Assembly: GCA_965205865.1 (NCBI GenBank) | Contig: CBDBHR010000017.1 | Span: 32,776 to 96,775, forward strand | DNA length: 64,000 bases | Direction: 5' to 3' | DNA from: a bacterium | Lineage (GTDB): Bacteria; SAR324; NAC60-12 | In this document: in pieces, positions 12,841 to 20,058 of the stretch | How positions within the stretch are numbered: position 1 is the first letter of the stretch | Layout of the letters: the number at the start of each line of letters is the position of its first letter | Notes under the pieces: model-generated | Told to the model about the DNA's origin: nothing | What the model saw: only the letters and a program-made list of their open reading frames with translations | The model's database searches: none | Made by a program: the position numbers and the translations under genes

Positions 12841-13540
12841 CCTGACGGTCTTCGTCTTGAATATGGTTTACATATTCCTGCAACCATTTTTTCGCTTTCT
12901 GAAATTCTTGTTGATGCTGATAGGCCAATCCCAACAGATGGAGCCACTCAATTTTCATCTCCTTGGTCAGGTGTTCTTTGGTTGTTATTTTGGAAAGTGT
13001 ATTACTGGCTTTCTGATAAAGAGGAATCGCTTCTGAAGATTGATTTTGACGGGATAATTCCGCTGCATAAAAAAAAGAGTTTCCTAACCAATAGAGGGCA
13101 ATTTCCCGATTACGACTTTCTGGAAATTTTTTTGTGAACTCCCCTAAAATTGAAATGCTTCGCTCGTATTGCAACAAGCTTGCTCTCAATAGACCTTCCC
13201 GAAACATCGCATCTTCAGTCCATTGACCCGTTGGATATTCTTGACGATAATTTTGGTATTCGTCCGCAACCCCTGACTTGTCTTCCGAACTCAATTCTCC
13301 GGACCGTATTTTCAAGAAAATAACTGCCTCTCGAAATTGACCCTCAGGAAATTTATTGAGGTATTCTTCTGCTTCCTCTTGAGCAAGTTCATGAAATCCG
13401 TCCTTGAAAAATCCCTGAATTATTTGAAACTGTTCTTCCTCAGTTAAAGAAGCCAATGTATTGATAGGAAAAAATAACCCCATGAGGAGTAGTAAGAAGA
13501 TTATGAAATCCACAAAATAATATTTATTTAAAGAGGCCAT
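1..13540 (-). CDS. Giant secreted TPR/alpha-solenoid repeat protein (partial, at least 4,513 aa, runs off the left end)
   Basis: Manual translation from ATG 13540 gives MASLNKYYFVDFIIFLLLLMGLFFPINTLA-SLTEEEQF (signal-peptide-like), then TPR-like segments (YLNKFPEGQFREAVIFL, YRQEYPTGQWTEDAMF), then 90-aa repeats. The same frame reads LFLKAEGEYQI at positions 34-2. The ORF track lists no terminated ORF in this frame, consistent with no internal stop. Confidence 0.93.
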   Translation of the reverse strand, partial: MASLNKYYFVDFIIFLLLLMGLFFPINTLASLTEEEQFQIIQGFFKDGFHELAQEEAEEYLNKFPEGQFREAVIFLKIRSGELSSEDKSGVADEYQNYRQEYPTGQWTEDAMFREGLLRASLLQYERSISILGEFTKKFPESRNREIALYWLGNSFFYAAELSRQNQSSEAIPLYQKASNTLSKITTKEHLTKEMKIEWLHLLGLAYQHQQEFQKAKKWLQEYVNHIQDEDRQAKIYYQLALNEWGQKNFKEAIAFFDKLEQFPQFPLRDSTLFLKAEGEYQILLGESETRKKGARMEAIAGLYQNYLKTGDNQYQKIANERIATLYYQLGQSEWKRKNYKKAIAFFDELEQFPQFPLRHPTLFLKAEGEYQILLSQPESQHNKARLEAIVLLFQNYLKTTDNQYLEDSKARIATLYYQLGQKEWKQQNYKEAIAFFDELEQFPRFPLRNPALFLKAEGEYLILLRVPESQHKGALMETIILLYQNYLKTKDRQYQDEAKARIASLYYQLGQREWEKQNYEEAIALFEKLEQFPKFPLRHSTLFLKAEGEYQILFSQLELQQKGARMEAIVQLYQNYLKTEDSQYQDYAKARIASLYYQLGQMEWEKQNYKEAIVFFDELEQFPHFPLRQPTLFLKAEGKYQIFLSRPESRHSRVEMETIAQLYQNYLETQDDQYQREANARIASLYYQLGQIEWKKQNYKEAITFFEKLEQFPQFPLRYPALFLKAEGEYQIMLSLAELRQKRSRLEAIVQLYQNYLKTEDSEYQDDARARIALLYYQLGQNEWGKQNYKEAIAFFEKLEQFPQFPHRHPTLFLRAEGEYQILLKRPKSQHKRARLEAIVQLYQNYLKTKDNQYQDDAKARVALLYYQLGQQEWQRHNYREAITFFDELEQFPGFPLRHPALFLKAEGEYQILLSLPESEHKRVRLEAIVLLFQNYLKTGNIQYQSDANARIAVLYYRLGQNEWKKQNYKEAIGFFDKLEQFPQFPLRHPTLFLKAEGEYQILFGLPESQQKRTRLEAIVLLYQNYLETQDDQYQDDARARIALLYYQIGQIEWEKQNYKDAIAFFDKLEQFPQFPLRHPTLFLKAEGEYQILLSQPQTQQSRVRLETIVRLYQNYLETKDKQFRNDARARIASLYYQLGQFEWDKQNYEEAIAFFDELEQFPQFPLRHPTIFLKAEGEYQILLNQPESQHKRTRLEGIIQLYQNYLKTEDSKYQDDARARIASLYYQLGQIEWDRQNYQEAIAFFDELEQFPQFPLRHPALFLKAEGEYQILMSEPQSQHKVAHLEAIVKLYQNYLNTKDSQYEDDANARIALLYYQLGQLQWKKQNYKEAIAFFDELEQFPLFHLRHPALFLKAEGEYQILLSQPETQHKRVSLEAIIQLYQNYLKTGDSRYEGDARARIASLYYQLGQIEWDKQNYEEAIAFFDELEQFPQFHLRHPTLFLKAEGEYQILLNQPESQRKRTRLEGIIQLYQNYLDTEDSEYQDDARGRIASLYYQLGQIEWDKQNYKEAIAFFDELEQFPQFPLRHPALFLKAEGEYQILLSEPQSQHKGARMETIVILYQNYLNTEDSQYVDDANARIALLYYQLAQLQWKRQNFKEAIAFFDELEQFPQFPLRHPTLFLKAEGEYQILLTQPELQHKRVRLEAIIQLYQNYLITEDDQYQADARARVASLYYQLGQEEWEKQNFKEAITFFDKLEQFPQFPLRHPALFLKAEGEYQILMNQPKSQHNRVRMEGIVQLFKNYLGTEDSKYETDARARIASLFYQLGQNEWEEKNYKEAIAFFDELEQFPQFPLRHPTLFLKAEGEYQISLGRPESEQKRAHLETIAQLYKNYLKTGDSQYQSDASARIASLYYQLGLSEWDKQKYKEAIAFFDELEQFPQFPQRISILFLKAEGEYQILLSEPDSPHNKARIENIIQLYLNYLQTESSQYRSDAEARVASLYYQLGQYEWHEKNFEEAIAFFDELEQFPQFPLRHSILFLKAEGEYQILLSQPESRNKRVRVEDIIQLYQNYLKTEDDQYQDDARSRVALLYYQLGQQEWEKQNYKEAIAFFNELEQFPQFPLLHSTLFLKAEGEYQILLSEPESQHDRAGMEKVIYLYQNYLKTEDNRYQDDSRARIASLYYQLGQNEWEQENYKEAIAFFDELEQFPQFPLRHPALFLKAEGEYQILLNQPESQHERTRLEAIVRLYQNYLETQDHQYRNDARARIASLYYQLGQQEWEKQNYKEAIAFFDELEQFPQFPLRHPTLFLKAEGEYQILLSQPEPQHNRVRLEAIVRLYQNYLETRDSQYRNDARARIASLYYQIGQNEWEKQNYKEAIAYFDELEHFPQFPLRHTTLFLKAEGEYQILLSQPEPQRNRVRLEGIIQLYQNYLKTGDNQYKSDAGARVASLYYQLGQNEWEKQNYKEAIAYFDELEQFPQFPLRHPTLFLKAEGEYQILLSQPESEQKRVHLETIVQLYQNYLETQDSQYQGDANSRIASLYYQIGQQEWEKQNYKEAIAFFDKLEQFPQFPLRHPALFLKAEGEYQIMLSQPKSEHERAHLEALAQIYQNYLETQDSQYRNDARARIASLYYQLGQNEWEKQNYREAIAYFDELEQFPQFPLRQSTLFLKAEGEYKILLNQPEFQNNRVRMEAIIQLYQNYLKTEDNQFRSDARGRIASLYYQLGQSEWEKQNYKEAIVFFNELKQFPLFPLRHSALFLIAEGGYQILLSQPESQRNRTRQEAIVQLYQNYLETQDGQYQDDANSRIASLYYQIGQQEWEKQNYKEAIAFFDKLEQFPQFPLRHPTLFLKAEGEYQILRNLPKSQHERTRLEAIAQLYQNYLETEDIQYQDDAKARIASLYYQLGQQEWEQQNYKEAIAFFDELEQFPQFSLRHPTLFLKAEGEYQILLSQPESQHNRVQMETIVLLYQNYLKTEDSQYQGEAKARIASLYYQLGQNEWEQQNYKEAIAFFDELEQFPQFPLRHQTLFLKAEGEYQILQSQPESRYKRVRPEAIVKLYQNYLETQDSQYQDDAKARIASLYYQLGQQEWEKQNYKEAITYFDKLEQFPQFPLRHPTLFLKAEGEYQILLSQSESQHERARLEAIAQLYQNYLKTEDVQFQDDAKARIASLYYQLGQNEWEQQNYKEAIAFFDELEQFPQFPLRHPALFLKAEGEYQILMSQPESQHNRVQMETIVLLYQNYLKTEDSQYQGEAKARIASLYYQIGQQEWEKKNYKEAISFFDELEQFPQFSLRHQALFLKAEGEYQILQSQPESRYKPVRPEAIVQLYQNYLETQDSQYQDDANSRIASLYYQIGQQEWEKQNYKEAVAFFDKLEQFPQFPLRHPTLFLKAEGEYQILLGQPESQHERARLEAIAQLYRNYLKTEDVQFQDDAKARIASLYYQLGQQEWKKQNYKEAIAFFDELEQFPQFPLRHPTLFLKAEGEYQILMSQPESQHNRVQMETIVLLYQNYLKTEDSQYQGEAKARIASLYYQIGQQEWEKKNYKEAISFFDELEQFPQFPLRHPTLFLKAEGEYQILLSQPEPQHNRVRLEAIVRLYQNYLETRDSQYRNDARARIASLYYQIGQNEWEKQNYKEAIAYFDELEHFPQFPLRHTTLFLKAEGEYQILLSQPEPQRNRVRLEGIIQLYQNYLKTGDNQYKSDAGARVASLYYQLGQNEWEKQNYKEAIAYFDELEQFPQFPLRHPTLFLKAEGEYQILLSQPESEQKRVHLETIVQLYQNYLETQDSQYQGDANSRIASLYYQIGQQEWEKQNYKEAIAFFDKLEQFPQFPLRHPALFLKAEGEYQIMLSQPKSEHERAHLEALAQIYQNYLETQDSQYRNDARARIASLYYQLGQNEWEKQNYREAIAYFDELEQFPQFPLRQSTLFLKAEGEYKILLNQPEFQNNRVRMEAIIQLYQNYLKTEDNQFRSDARGRIASLYYQLGQSEWEKQNYKEAIVFFNELKQFPLFPLRHSALFLIAEGGYQILLSQPESQRNRTRQEAIVQLYQNYLETQDGQYQDDANSRIASLYYQIGQQEWEKQNYKEAIAFFDKLEQFPQFPLRHPTLFLKAEGEYQILRNLPKSQHERTRLEAIAQLYQNYLETEDIQYQDDAKARIASLYYQLGQQEWEQQNYKEAIAFFDELEQFPQFSLRHPTLFLKAEGEYQILLSQPESQHNRVQMETIVLLYQNYLKTEDSQYQGEAKARIASLYYQLGQNEWEQQNYKEAIAFFDELEQFPQFPLRHQTLFLKAEGEYQILQSQPESRYKRVRPEAIVKLYQNYLETQDSQYQDDAKARIASLYYQLGQQEWEKQNYKEAITYFDKLEQFPQFPLRHPTLFLKAEGEYQILLSQSESQHERARLEAIAQLYQNYLKTEDVQFQDDAKARIASLYYQLGQNEWEQQNYKEAIAFFDELEQFPQFPLRHPALFLKAEGEYQILMSQPESQHNRVQMETIVLLYQNYLKTEDSQYQGEAKARIASLYYQIGQQEWEKKNYKEAISFFDELEQFPQFSLRHQALFLKAEGEYQI

Positions 13541-13566
13541 TTTTAATCTTTTCTGAGATAGTGGTT

Positions 13567-13881
13567 TCAGTGAAATATTTTGATTTGTTGAATTACATTT
13601 TCCCAGCAAGCGCTGTTGATGTTGTCAACACGAACGACCTTATTTCGGTTGTTTACGCCATGCTGGATGGAAATATTGGAATGGGGAACTTTTAGCGCTT
13701 TGGCGAGAAAAGAAATGCGCTGTTTGTTTGCCTGTCTTCCTTTGGGGGCGGCAGTAAGACTTAGTTTGATTTTATTGTCAAAGACACGTCCCCATGACAC
13801 TTTGGAAGCGCGTGGTTGGACATATAAGTAGAGAGTGAGTTGGTTCCCTTCTAATACAAAACCGTTTTCTGCAGACATCAT
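13567..13881 (-). CDS. yggU: YggU/DUF167 family protein
   Basis: LYVQPRASK...KIKLSLTAAP...ANKQ...LAKALKVPHSNISIQHG pattern; ATG at 13881. Confidence 0.8.
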   Translation of the reverse strand: MMSAENGFVLEGNQLTLYLYVQPRASKVSWGRVFDNKIKLSLTAAPKGRQANKQRISFLAKALKVPHSNISIQHGVNNRNKVVRVDNINSACWENVIQQIKIFH

Positions 13882-14371
13882 TGCACCTGAAATATGAACC
13901 AATCAATTATTCGGAATTTCCCCTTTGCAATATCTTTGCATGAACTTGACCACTTTGCTGCTTACAAAAAATTTTGTATTGAAAAGCGCTATGAATCAAG
14001 AATCTTCAAGTTTCAGCACTTCTTTCTGGCCGGAGATGTCATCAAGTCTCATTGGAAGGCGTGAATTTATAATTCGACGGATTTCATTCCTTTCTTCAAA
14101 ATATTCCTCGTTTTGTTCTGCGAATTAGGCTCCCTTTTTCAACTTCATAATTGTATGGCTTGATTGGCTGGTCAGGTTTTTTAAACAGTAGTCACTGATT
14201 TGCTGAAAAAGGTTCTCTACAGGTGAACTGGATGATCGTGAGTCAATTGTTGCAAAGGCTAAAAAAATAATGAATACGTTCTCTGTTGAACGATCATACA
14301 AACTTCTGTAGACTAATAAGATAATTTACAACAATTCAAAAAAATAGTCATCCGGAATTAGAGATAATTGT

Positions 14372-15007
14372 ATGATGGCACAAACGTGTATTAAGGTTTG
14401 TGGGCTGACTAACCGTGAGCAGGTCAAAGCCTGTGTCGTATCAGGTGCGCATTGGTTGGGATTCAATTGCTATCCTCAATCCAAAAGGTATGTTTTTCCT
14501 GAAAAAATACGTGAATTGTTGAATGTTGTACCCGACAATGTGAAAACGGTTGGTGTTTTTGTCAATGAATCTTTACAAAACGTAAATCAGATTATGGAAT
14601 ACACGGGCATGCAACTCGTCCAACTGCATGGCGACGAGTCTCCTGATTATGCCAAAGCCCTCAATCATCCGTACATCCGTGCTTTCCGTGTCTCTCCCAT
14701 TTTTCAACCGAATCAGATCAGTCACTATCACTTGACCCATTTTTTACTGGATTCTTACCATCCCAATCTTTACGGAGGAACAGGCGAATCTTTCAACTGG
14801 GAAATTGCAAAAGAAACAAAAAAGTTTGGAAGATTGATCTTGGCCGGCGGTTTGCGTTCCGAAAATGTTCAAAAAGCTGTTACCACTGTTCGTCCTTTTG
14901 GAGTCGATGTCTGTAGCGGAGTTGAATCTGCACCGGGAGTGAAAGATTTGAACCGGGTCGCTACTTTTATTTCGGCGGTAAAAAAAGCAGACTGTTCCTT
15001 AATGTAG
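14372..15007 (+). CDS. trpF: Phosphoribosylanthranilate isomerase
   Basis: IKVCGLT, VGVFVNE, VQLHGDE, YGGTGESFNW, LAGGL and GVDVCSGVE motifs. Confidence 0.95.
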   Translation: MMAQTCIKVCGLTNREQVKACVVSGAHWLGFNCYPQSKRYVFPEKIRELLNVVPDNVKTVGVFVNESLQNVNQIMEYTGMQLVQLHGDESPDYAKALNHPYIRAFRVSPIFQPNQISHYHLTHFLLDSYHPNLYGGTGESFNWEIAKETKKFGRLILAGGLRSENVQKAVTTVRPFGVDVCSGVESAPGVKDLNRVATFISAVKKADCSLM

Positions 15008-15287
15008 TGGAGTCATTAGTTAATGCTTGGACGAATATCGCTTATTCTCCCGTTTCATGAGGATTAGAGGTCAAAAATAATTTTGTAGATTTTTGAGCTA
15101 TCCTGAGATCTTTCAAAATTCTCTCAATGATATGGCCATTTTGATAATTAGGAAGAGAATACGTTTGATCCCACGTAGAGTGGTTCAGTACCTCCCAAAC
15201 CATGATTCTTGTAAAATTTCTCAAAGGCGTTATCATATCGTCTTTGATTGCGGATTCCATTATATCGTATCGTGAAACGAGGTTTTT

Positions 15288-16061
15288 ATGCGAGTCATTC
15301 CAATTCTATGTTTGCAAGACAATTATGCGTATTTGATCGTTTGTGAAACTACCAATCAGGCAGGAATTGTAGATCCTTCCGAATTCAGACCCGTGTGGCA
15401 GGAAATTGAGCGTCAAAAGGTACAATTGGTGGCTATTTTGAATACGCACCACCACTGGGATCATGTAGGAGGAAATAAGAAACTGCTGCGAAGAGTCCCC
15501 GAATTGAAAGTGTATGGGCATCATTCGGATCAAGGTCGCATTCCCGGGCAGAATGAGATGTTGGAAGAAACAGACAAATTACGAATCGGGAAACTGGAAG
15601 CACGCCTCACCCACAATCCAGGACACACCACTGGGGCGATTTCCTTTTATTTCGAGGACGCGGTATTCACTGGAGATACCCTATTTGCTGCAGGCTGTGG
15701 GCGGTTGTTTGAGGGAACCCCACAAGACATGTACTCCTCCCTCAATGAAAAAATTGGAGCCCATGCTCCTGTCACAAAAGTTTATTTCGGTCATGAATAC
15801 ACAGAAAACAATCTGAAATTTGCCCAATTTTTGGAACCCGACAACGCGTGGGTTCAAAAAAAATTGAAAGAGACCCGACGCTTACGGCAAGCAGGAAAAT
15901 TCACGACCCCTTCTACCTTGGAGTCAGAATGGCAGACCAATCCATTCATGCGATGTGACAGTCCTCAAATCCGGGCTGCCGTGAAACGGTACGATCCTCA
16001 GAACGACTTGACCCCCGTCTCGGTTTTACGGGTCGTTCGGCAGCTTAAAGATGATTTTTGA
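15288..16061 (+). CDS. gloB: Hydroxyacylglutathione hydrolase (glyoxalase II)
   Basis: THHHWDHVGG, PGHT, FTGDTLFAAGCGRLFEG, GHEYT and NPFMR motifs. Confidence 0.95.
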   Translation: MRVIPILCLQDNYAYLIVCETTNQAGIVDPSEFRPVWQEIERQKVQLVAILNTHHHWDHVGGNKKLLRRVPELKVYGHHSDQGRIPGQNEMLEETDKLRIGKLEARLTHNPGHTTGAISFYFEDAVFTGDTLFAAGCGRLFEGTPQDMYSSLNEKIGAHAPVTKVYFGHEYTENNLKFAQFLEPDNAWVQKKLKETRRLRQAGKFTTPSTLESEWQTNPFMRCDSPQIRAAVKRYDPQNDLTPVSVLRVVRQLKDDF

Positions 16062-16070
16062 GTAAGATAC

Positions 16071-17282
16071 ATGCTATCCCCCCTCAATAGCTTTGATCGG
16101 TTGACGCATATTTCACGTCAACCGCAACGGCGTATATTGGGGTTGATGTCAGGTACTTCTCTCGATGGAGTGGATCTCGCCCTCACTACGATTTCCACCG
16201 TGGATCAAAAACCCAGTCCTCAATTGGAGCGATTCCTCACCCTCCCTTATCCGGATGCATTAAAAGAGAGAATTCAGACGCAGATGCAGCCTTCTTTTTC
16301 CAGTGTTGATCAAATTTGCGCCCTTCATGTGGATTTGGGACAATTTTTGGCGGAGAGAGTGCTGGAAGCATTGAACCAATGGCGAGTGGAACCTTCTCAC
16401 ATCGATTGTATCGCCAGTCATGGACAAACGTTGTTTCACTTGCCGGAAGGCCGTAATTGGCAAGGCAAACCTTTGCATGCGACCCTGCAAATCGGTGATG
16501 CGGACCAAATTGCCGCGCAGACAGGAATTCTGACAATTTCCGATTTTCGTATGAAGGATTTAGCAGTGGGAGGCGCCGGCGCCCCCTTAATCCCTTATGT
16601 GGATTTCCTCTTGTTTTGTGAGTTAGGAAAACACCGGGTGCTGCACAATTTAGGCGGTATTAGCAATCTGACGTACCTGCCGGATACCGGTGATTCTCAA
16701 GACCTGATAGCATTCGACACAGGACCTGCGAATGTCTTGATCAATTTGGCAGTAGAATCCCTCATCGATCCACAGATGCATTATGACGCGCAGGGACAAA
16801 TTGCCGCAAAGGGAAAAATCGCAAAAAATTTGCTGGAGGAGTTGTTGAATCATCCTTATTTTGCGGCAGTTCCCCCCAAATCGACAGGGCTGGAACTCTT
16901 CGGGCCGATTTATTTGCAGGAAGTTTTGAGCAAAGCAGAGAGTTTGAATTTGCTGACTGAAGACCTGGTCGCCACTTTGACCGCACTAACGGCGTATTCT
17001 ATTCGGAATGCCTACCAGAATTTTCTGCCCCGCAATCAGCCAATCGAAGTATATTTCAGCGGAGGAGGGGTCCACAATCAGACCTTGATGCAACAAATAC
17101 AATCCCTCCTTCCCCACTTGAGCATCCATCCGTTTTCTGATTTAGGGATGAATGCGGATGCGCGGGAAGCAATCTGTTTTGCAGTGTTGGCGCACGAGTT
17201 ACTCTCCGGAAGACCAGTGACTCTTCCAGGAATCACGGGCAGTCGACACATCACGACATTGGGAAAAATTTCGCTACCTTGA
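16071..17282 (+). CDS. anmK: Anhydro-N-acetylmuramic acid kinase
   Basis: GLMSGTSLDGVD, SHGQT, DFR...GGAGAPL, NLGGISN, FDTGPAN and PPKSTG motifs. Confidence 0.95.
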   Translation: MLSPLNSFDRLTHISRQPQRRILGLMSGTSLDGVDLALTTISTVDQKPSPQLERFLTLPYPDALKERIQTQMQPSFSSVDQICALHVDLGQFLAERVLEALNQWRVEPSHIDCIASHGQTLFHLPEGRNWQGKPLHATLQIGDADQIAAQTGILTISDFRMKDLAVGGAGAPLIPYVDFLLFCELGKHRVLHNLGGISNLTYLPDTGDSQDLIAFDTGPANVLINLAVESLIDPQMHYDAQGQIAAKGKIAKNLLEELLNHPYFAAVPPKSTGLELFGPIYLQEVLSKAESLNLLTEDLVATLTALTAYSIRNAYQNFLPRNQPIEVYFSGGGVHNQTLMQQIQSLLPHLSIHPFSDLGMNADAREAICFAVLAHELLSGRPVTLPGITGSRHITTLGKISLP

Positions 17283-17349
17283 TGACTGTGGATTTCCGAT
17301 CGGAATTCGAATCGGAGATGTGTGAAGGAAAGAAAGAGAGCTCAAGACC

Positions 17350-18156
17350 ATGACTATTCCTTCGTGGGTGAAGAATTATTCTCAAAATGCGCTGGATTGC
17401 GTGTATGCGGGAATACCCCAGACTTTTCCTGGTGGAGAAATTTTAAAAAAATGCAAAATCGTTTCACATCGAGGAGAGCACGACAACCAGACTATTTTGG
17501 AAAACACATTCCCCGCTTTCGATGCCGTCTGTTCCAAGGGAGTATGGGGGCTCGAGTTGGACATCCGATGGACTAAAGATTTGCAACCAGTTGTGATTCA
17601 TGATCCTGATTGTCGCAGAATTTTCCATACTAACACTTTCATCAATCAAGTTTTATTGAATGCGCTGAAAACGCAGATTCCACTGATTCCCACTTTGGAA
17701 GAAACAATTGAAAAATATGGTCAAAAAATGCATTTGATGGTGGAATTGAAACAAGAACATTATCCGGATCCGCATTACCAAAGCCATCTCCTCAAAAATC
17801 TTTTCTCTTCATTGATCCCTACAAAGAATTTTCATTTCATTTCACTGACCCCTGCCATGTTTCAATTTGTGGAGTTTGTCCCTAAATCGGCGTTGCTGCC
17901 AGTTGCAGAATTGAATTTCCGAGAACTCAGTGAATTAGCTCTCCGGGAAAAATGGGGAGGACTGACGGGGCATTACTTTTTCATTTCCAAAGAGATGATT
18001 CAAAAACACAAGGCAGACCAACAAAAAATAGGGACCGGTTTTGTGGCCTCAAAACAGAATCTGTTCCGGGAGCTGAATCGAGGGGTGGAGTGGATTTTTT
18101 CAAATCATGCCATCAAAATCCAATCACTTCGGGAACAACTGCTGCAGAAATATTAA
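17350..18156 (+). CDS. Glycerophosphodiester phosphodiesterase family protein
   Basis: SHRG, ENT, ELDIRWTKD, VVIHD and IPTLEE motifs. Confidence 0.88.
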   Translation: MTIPSWVKNYSQNALDCVYAGIPQTFPGGEILKKCKIVSHRGEHDNQTILENTFPAFDAVCSKGVWGLELDIRWTKDLQPVVIHDPDCRRIFHTNTFINQVLLNALKTQIPLIPTLEETIEKYGQKMHLMVELKQEHYPDPHYQSHLLKNLFSSLIPTKNFHFISLTPAMFQFVEFVPKSALLPVAELNFRELSELALREKWGGLTGHYFFISKEMIQKHKADQQKIGTGFVASKQNLFRELNRGVEWIFSNHAIKIQSLREQLLQKY

Positions 18157-18714
18157 TCGTCGGTAACTATTCAGGTTTCTTAAGAACCCGTTTGGTTAAA
18201 TAACGTTGAAAAAAGATTCCCGGGGAGAATCCATCGTTTTCACGTCCTCCCACAGTATTGTTCAATCGATCGGGTGGGAACCCTCTCCTTCACAAAACAA
18301 CTTAATAAATGTATGAATTTAGCGCTATTATGCAGGGTCGAGCCCAAAATGAAAAAATGCAGGATTCGCAAAAAAATCAAAAAATCAGGGAGATTCGCTC
18401 CTTTATGATAGGGAAAAAGCAAAAGGAGTTATTGGGGAACAAATAGGGAAGATTAAAAAAAATCCTTTAGCAAGTCAGGATCAGCAGGATTGCGCAACAA
18501 TGGAGGTCAGCTATAAAAATTCTTTAGCGGTCCATCTTCGGCATGAGCTAAAAAATGATGAAATGGAATTAACATTTTTTTGAACTTTCGAGAGCATAAA
18601 ATCCTTTCTGGATTTCATGCTACGCAAAATCCGTGCTTAAATCGAAGATGTCTCTGAAGAAACCCGAATAGTTACAATCGTCGTTTAATTATTTGCTGAT
18701 TGCAGGAGCAAAAT

Positions 18715-19611
18715 ATGTCGGAAAAAAGATGTGGCCTGATTGGCTTGATTGGTCGTCCCAATGTAGGAAAATCGACGCTGTTCAACTTAATCATCGGACA
18801 AAAGATTTCAATAGCCACCCATCGTCCTCAAACCACCCGCAACCGGATATTGGGGATAAGAACCACTGTAGCTTGTCAAATGATTTTTATTGACACGCCT
18901 GGTATTCATCCATCAGAAAAATTGCTAAACCAAAGAATTGTAAAATATGCCGTGCGAACTTTACGGGAATCCGATCTAAATCTGCTACTGGTGGACCCCG
19001 TCCCTTTGGGAGTGAATGCCATTCACAAAGATGATGCCAGGATATTGCATTTGTTGGACAATCAATTGACTCGAACGATTTTGCTCATCAATAAAATAGA
19101 CACTGTCTCTCCTGAAGTGGTGCTCAGGACGATCTCAATATTTGATCGACAAGGGCCGTTTGCCGAGATTGTACCAATTTCTGCGTTGAAATCCATCAAT
19201 GTGGACCATCTGGTTGAGATGCTGCCCTCATATATTCCAGAAAATGCTTTTTATTTTGAAGCAAATCAGATCACAGATATTTCCGAGCGTTTCTTAATCG
19301 GAGAGTTGGTACGCGAAGCTGTATTTCGTGTTCTGCAGCAGGAGTTGCCTTATTCCGTTGCCGTGCAAGTCGATTCTTTTGAAGAGACTCCGGAACTGAT
19401 TCGCATTCACTGCATAATCTATGTGGAACGAGAATCTCAGAAAGGAATTGTCATTGGCAAGAAGGGAACTATGCTTAAACAGATTGGAAAAAGCGCCCGT
19501 CAGAACATGGAACATTTATTGGGAAATAAAGTCTATCTTTTCCTACGGGTCCGCGTATTGAAAAAATGGAGCACAATTCCTCAATACCTCGACCATCTCG
19601 GCTTGGAATAA
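18715..19611 (+). CDS. era: GTPase Era
   Basis: GRPNVGKST, PQTTR, DTPG, NKID and a KH domain (GIVIGKKG); RBS caggag precedes ATG 18715. Confidence 0.97.
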   Translation: MSEKRCGLIGLIGRPNVGKSTLFNLIIGQKISIATHRPQTTRNRILGIRTTVACQMIFIDTPGIHPSEKLLNQRIVKYAVRTLRESDLNLLLVDPVPLGVNAIHKDDARILHLLDNQLTRTILLINKIDTVSPEVVLRTISIFDRQGPFAEIVPISALKSINVDHLVEMLPSYIPENAFYFEANQITDISERFLIGELVREAVFRVLQQELPYSVAVQVDSFEETPELIRIHCIIYVERESQKGIVIGKKGTMLKQIGKSARQNMEHLLGNKVYLFLRVRVLKKWSTIPQYLDHLGLE

Positions 19612-20058
19612 ATAGAAATTCCAAATTAAACGCCTTAGTTCATACCAATGCCCTTATACTCGTCGGAGGAATGAAACACCGGAGAGGCATGAAAGTCATA
19701 GATGCCAACTTGATCTCGCGGATCCGCGCGCAAAAGCTCAATAATTCATCTGGACTTTGAAGATAATTGAACAATTCCTTGAATTCTGTTACTGTCACAT
19801 CCAATTTTATGGTGCTTTTTCCTGATAGTGGGTTCAATTTCCACAACATCAAACCAACTGGGAAAGTCCCATGGATTCATGTCCTTTTCAATTTCACACA
19901 ATTTAATTTGCACTATCCGGGAACTCACAATTTCTAACGCAACTTGGCAAAAGTCGGAAAGCAAAGGACATTTTTTTCAATGAAACCGGCAAAGGGACTA
20001 TCACGGAAAAAGTCTATGAAAAGACAATCAATAACGGTTCGTACCTCAGTGTATCACC

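Noticed and set aside
65-13036. Many hydrophobic + strand ORFs and short alternative-frame minus-strand ORFs across the repeat array
   Set aside because: They are shadows of the giant minus-strand ORF: broken by stops, while the true frame stays open.
13910-14150. Possible small minus-strand gene upstream of yggU
   Set aside because: The frame contains internal stops and no recognisable motif.
15042-15260. 72-aa minus-strand ORF between trpF and gloB
   Set aside because: No recognisable family and opposite to the flanking genes; cannot be supported.
18180-18205. taagaacccgtttgg, resembling an IS terminal repeat
   Set aside because: No partner end or transposase remnant found nearby.
19640-19964. 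Short ORFs between era and lon
   Set aside because: No motif or RBS support.
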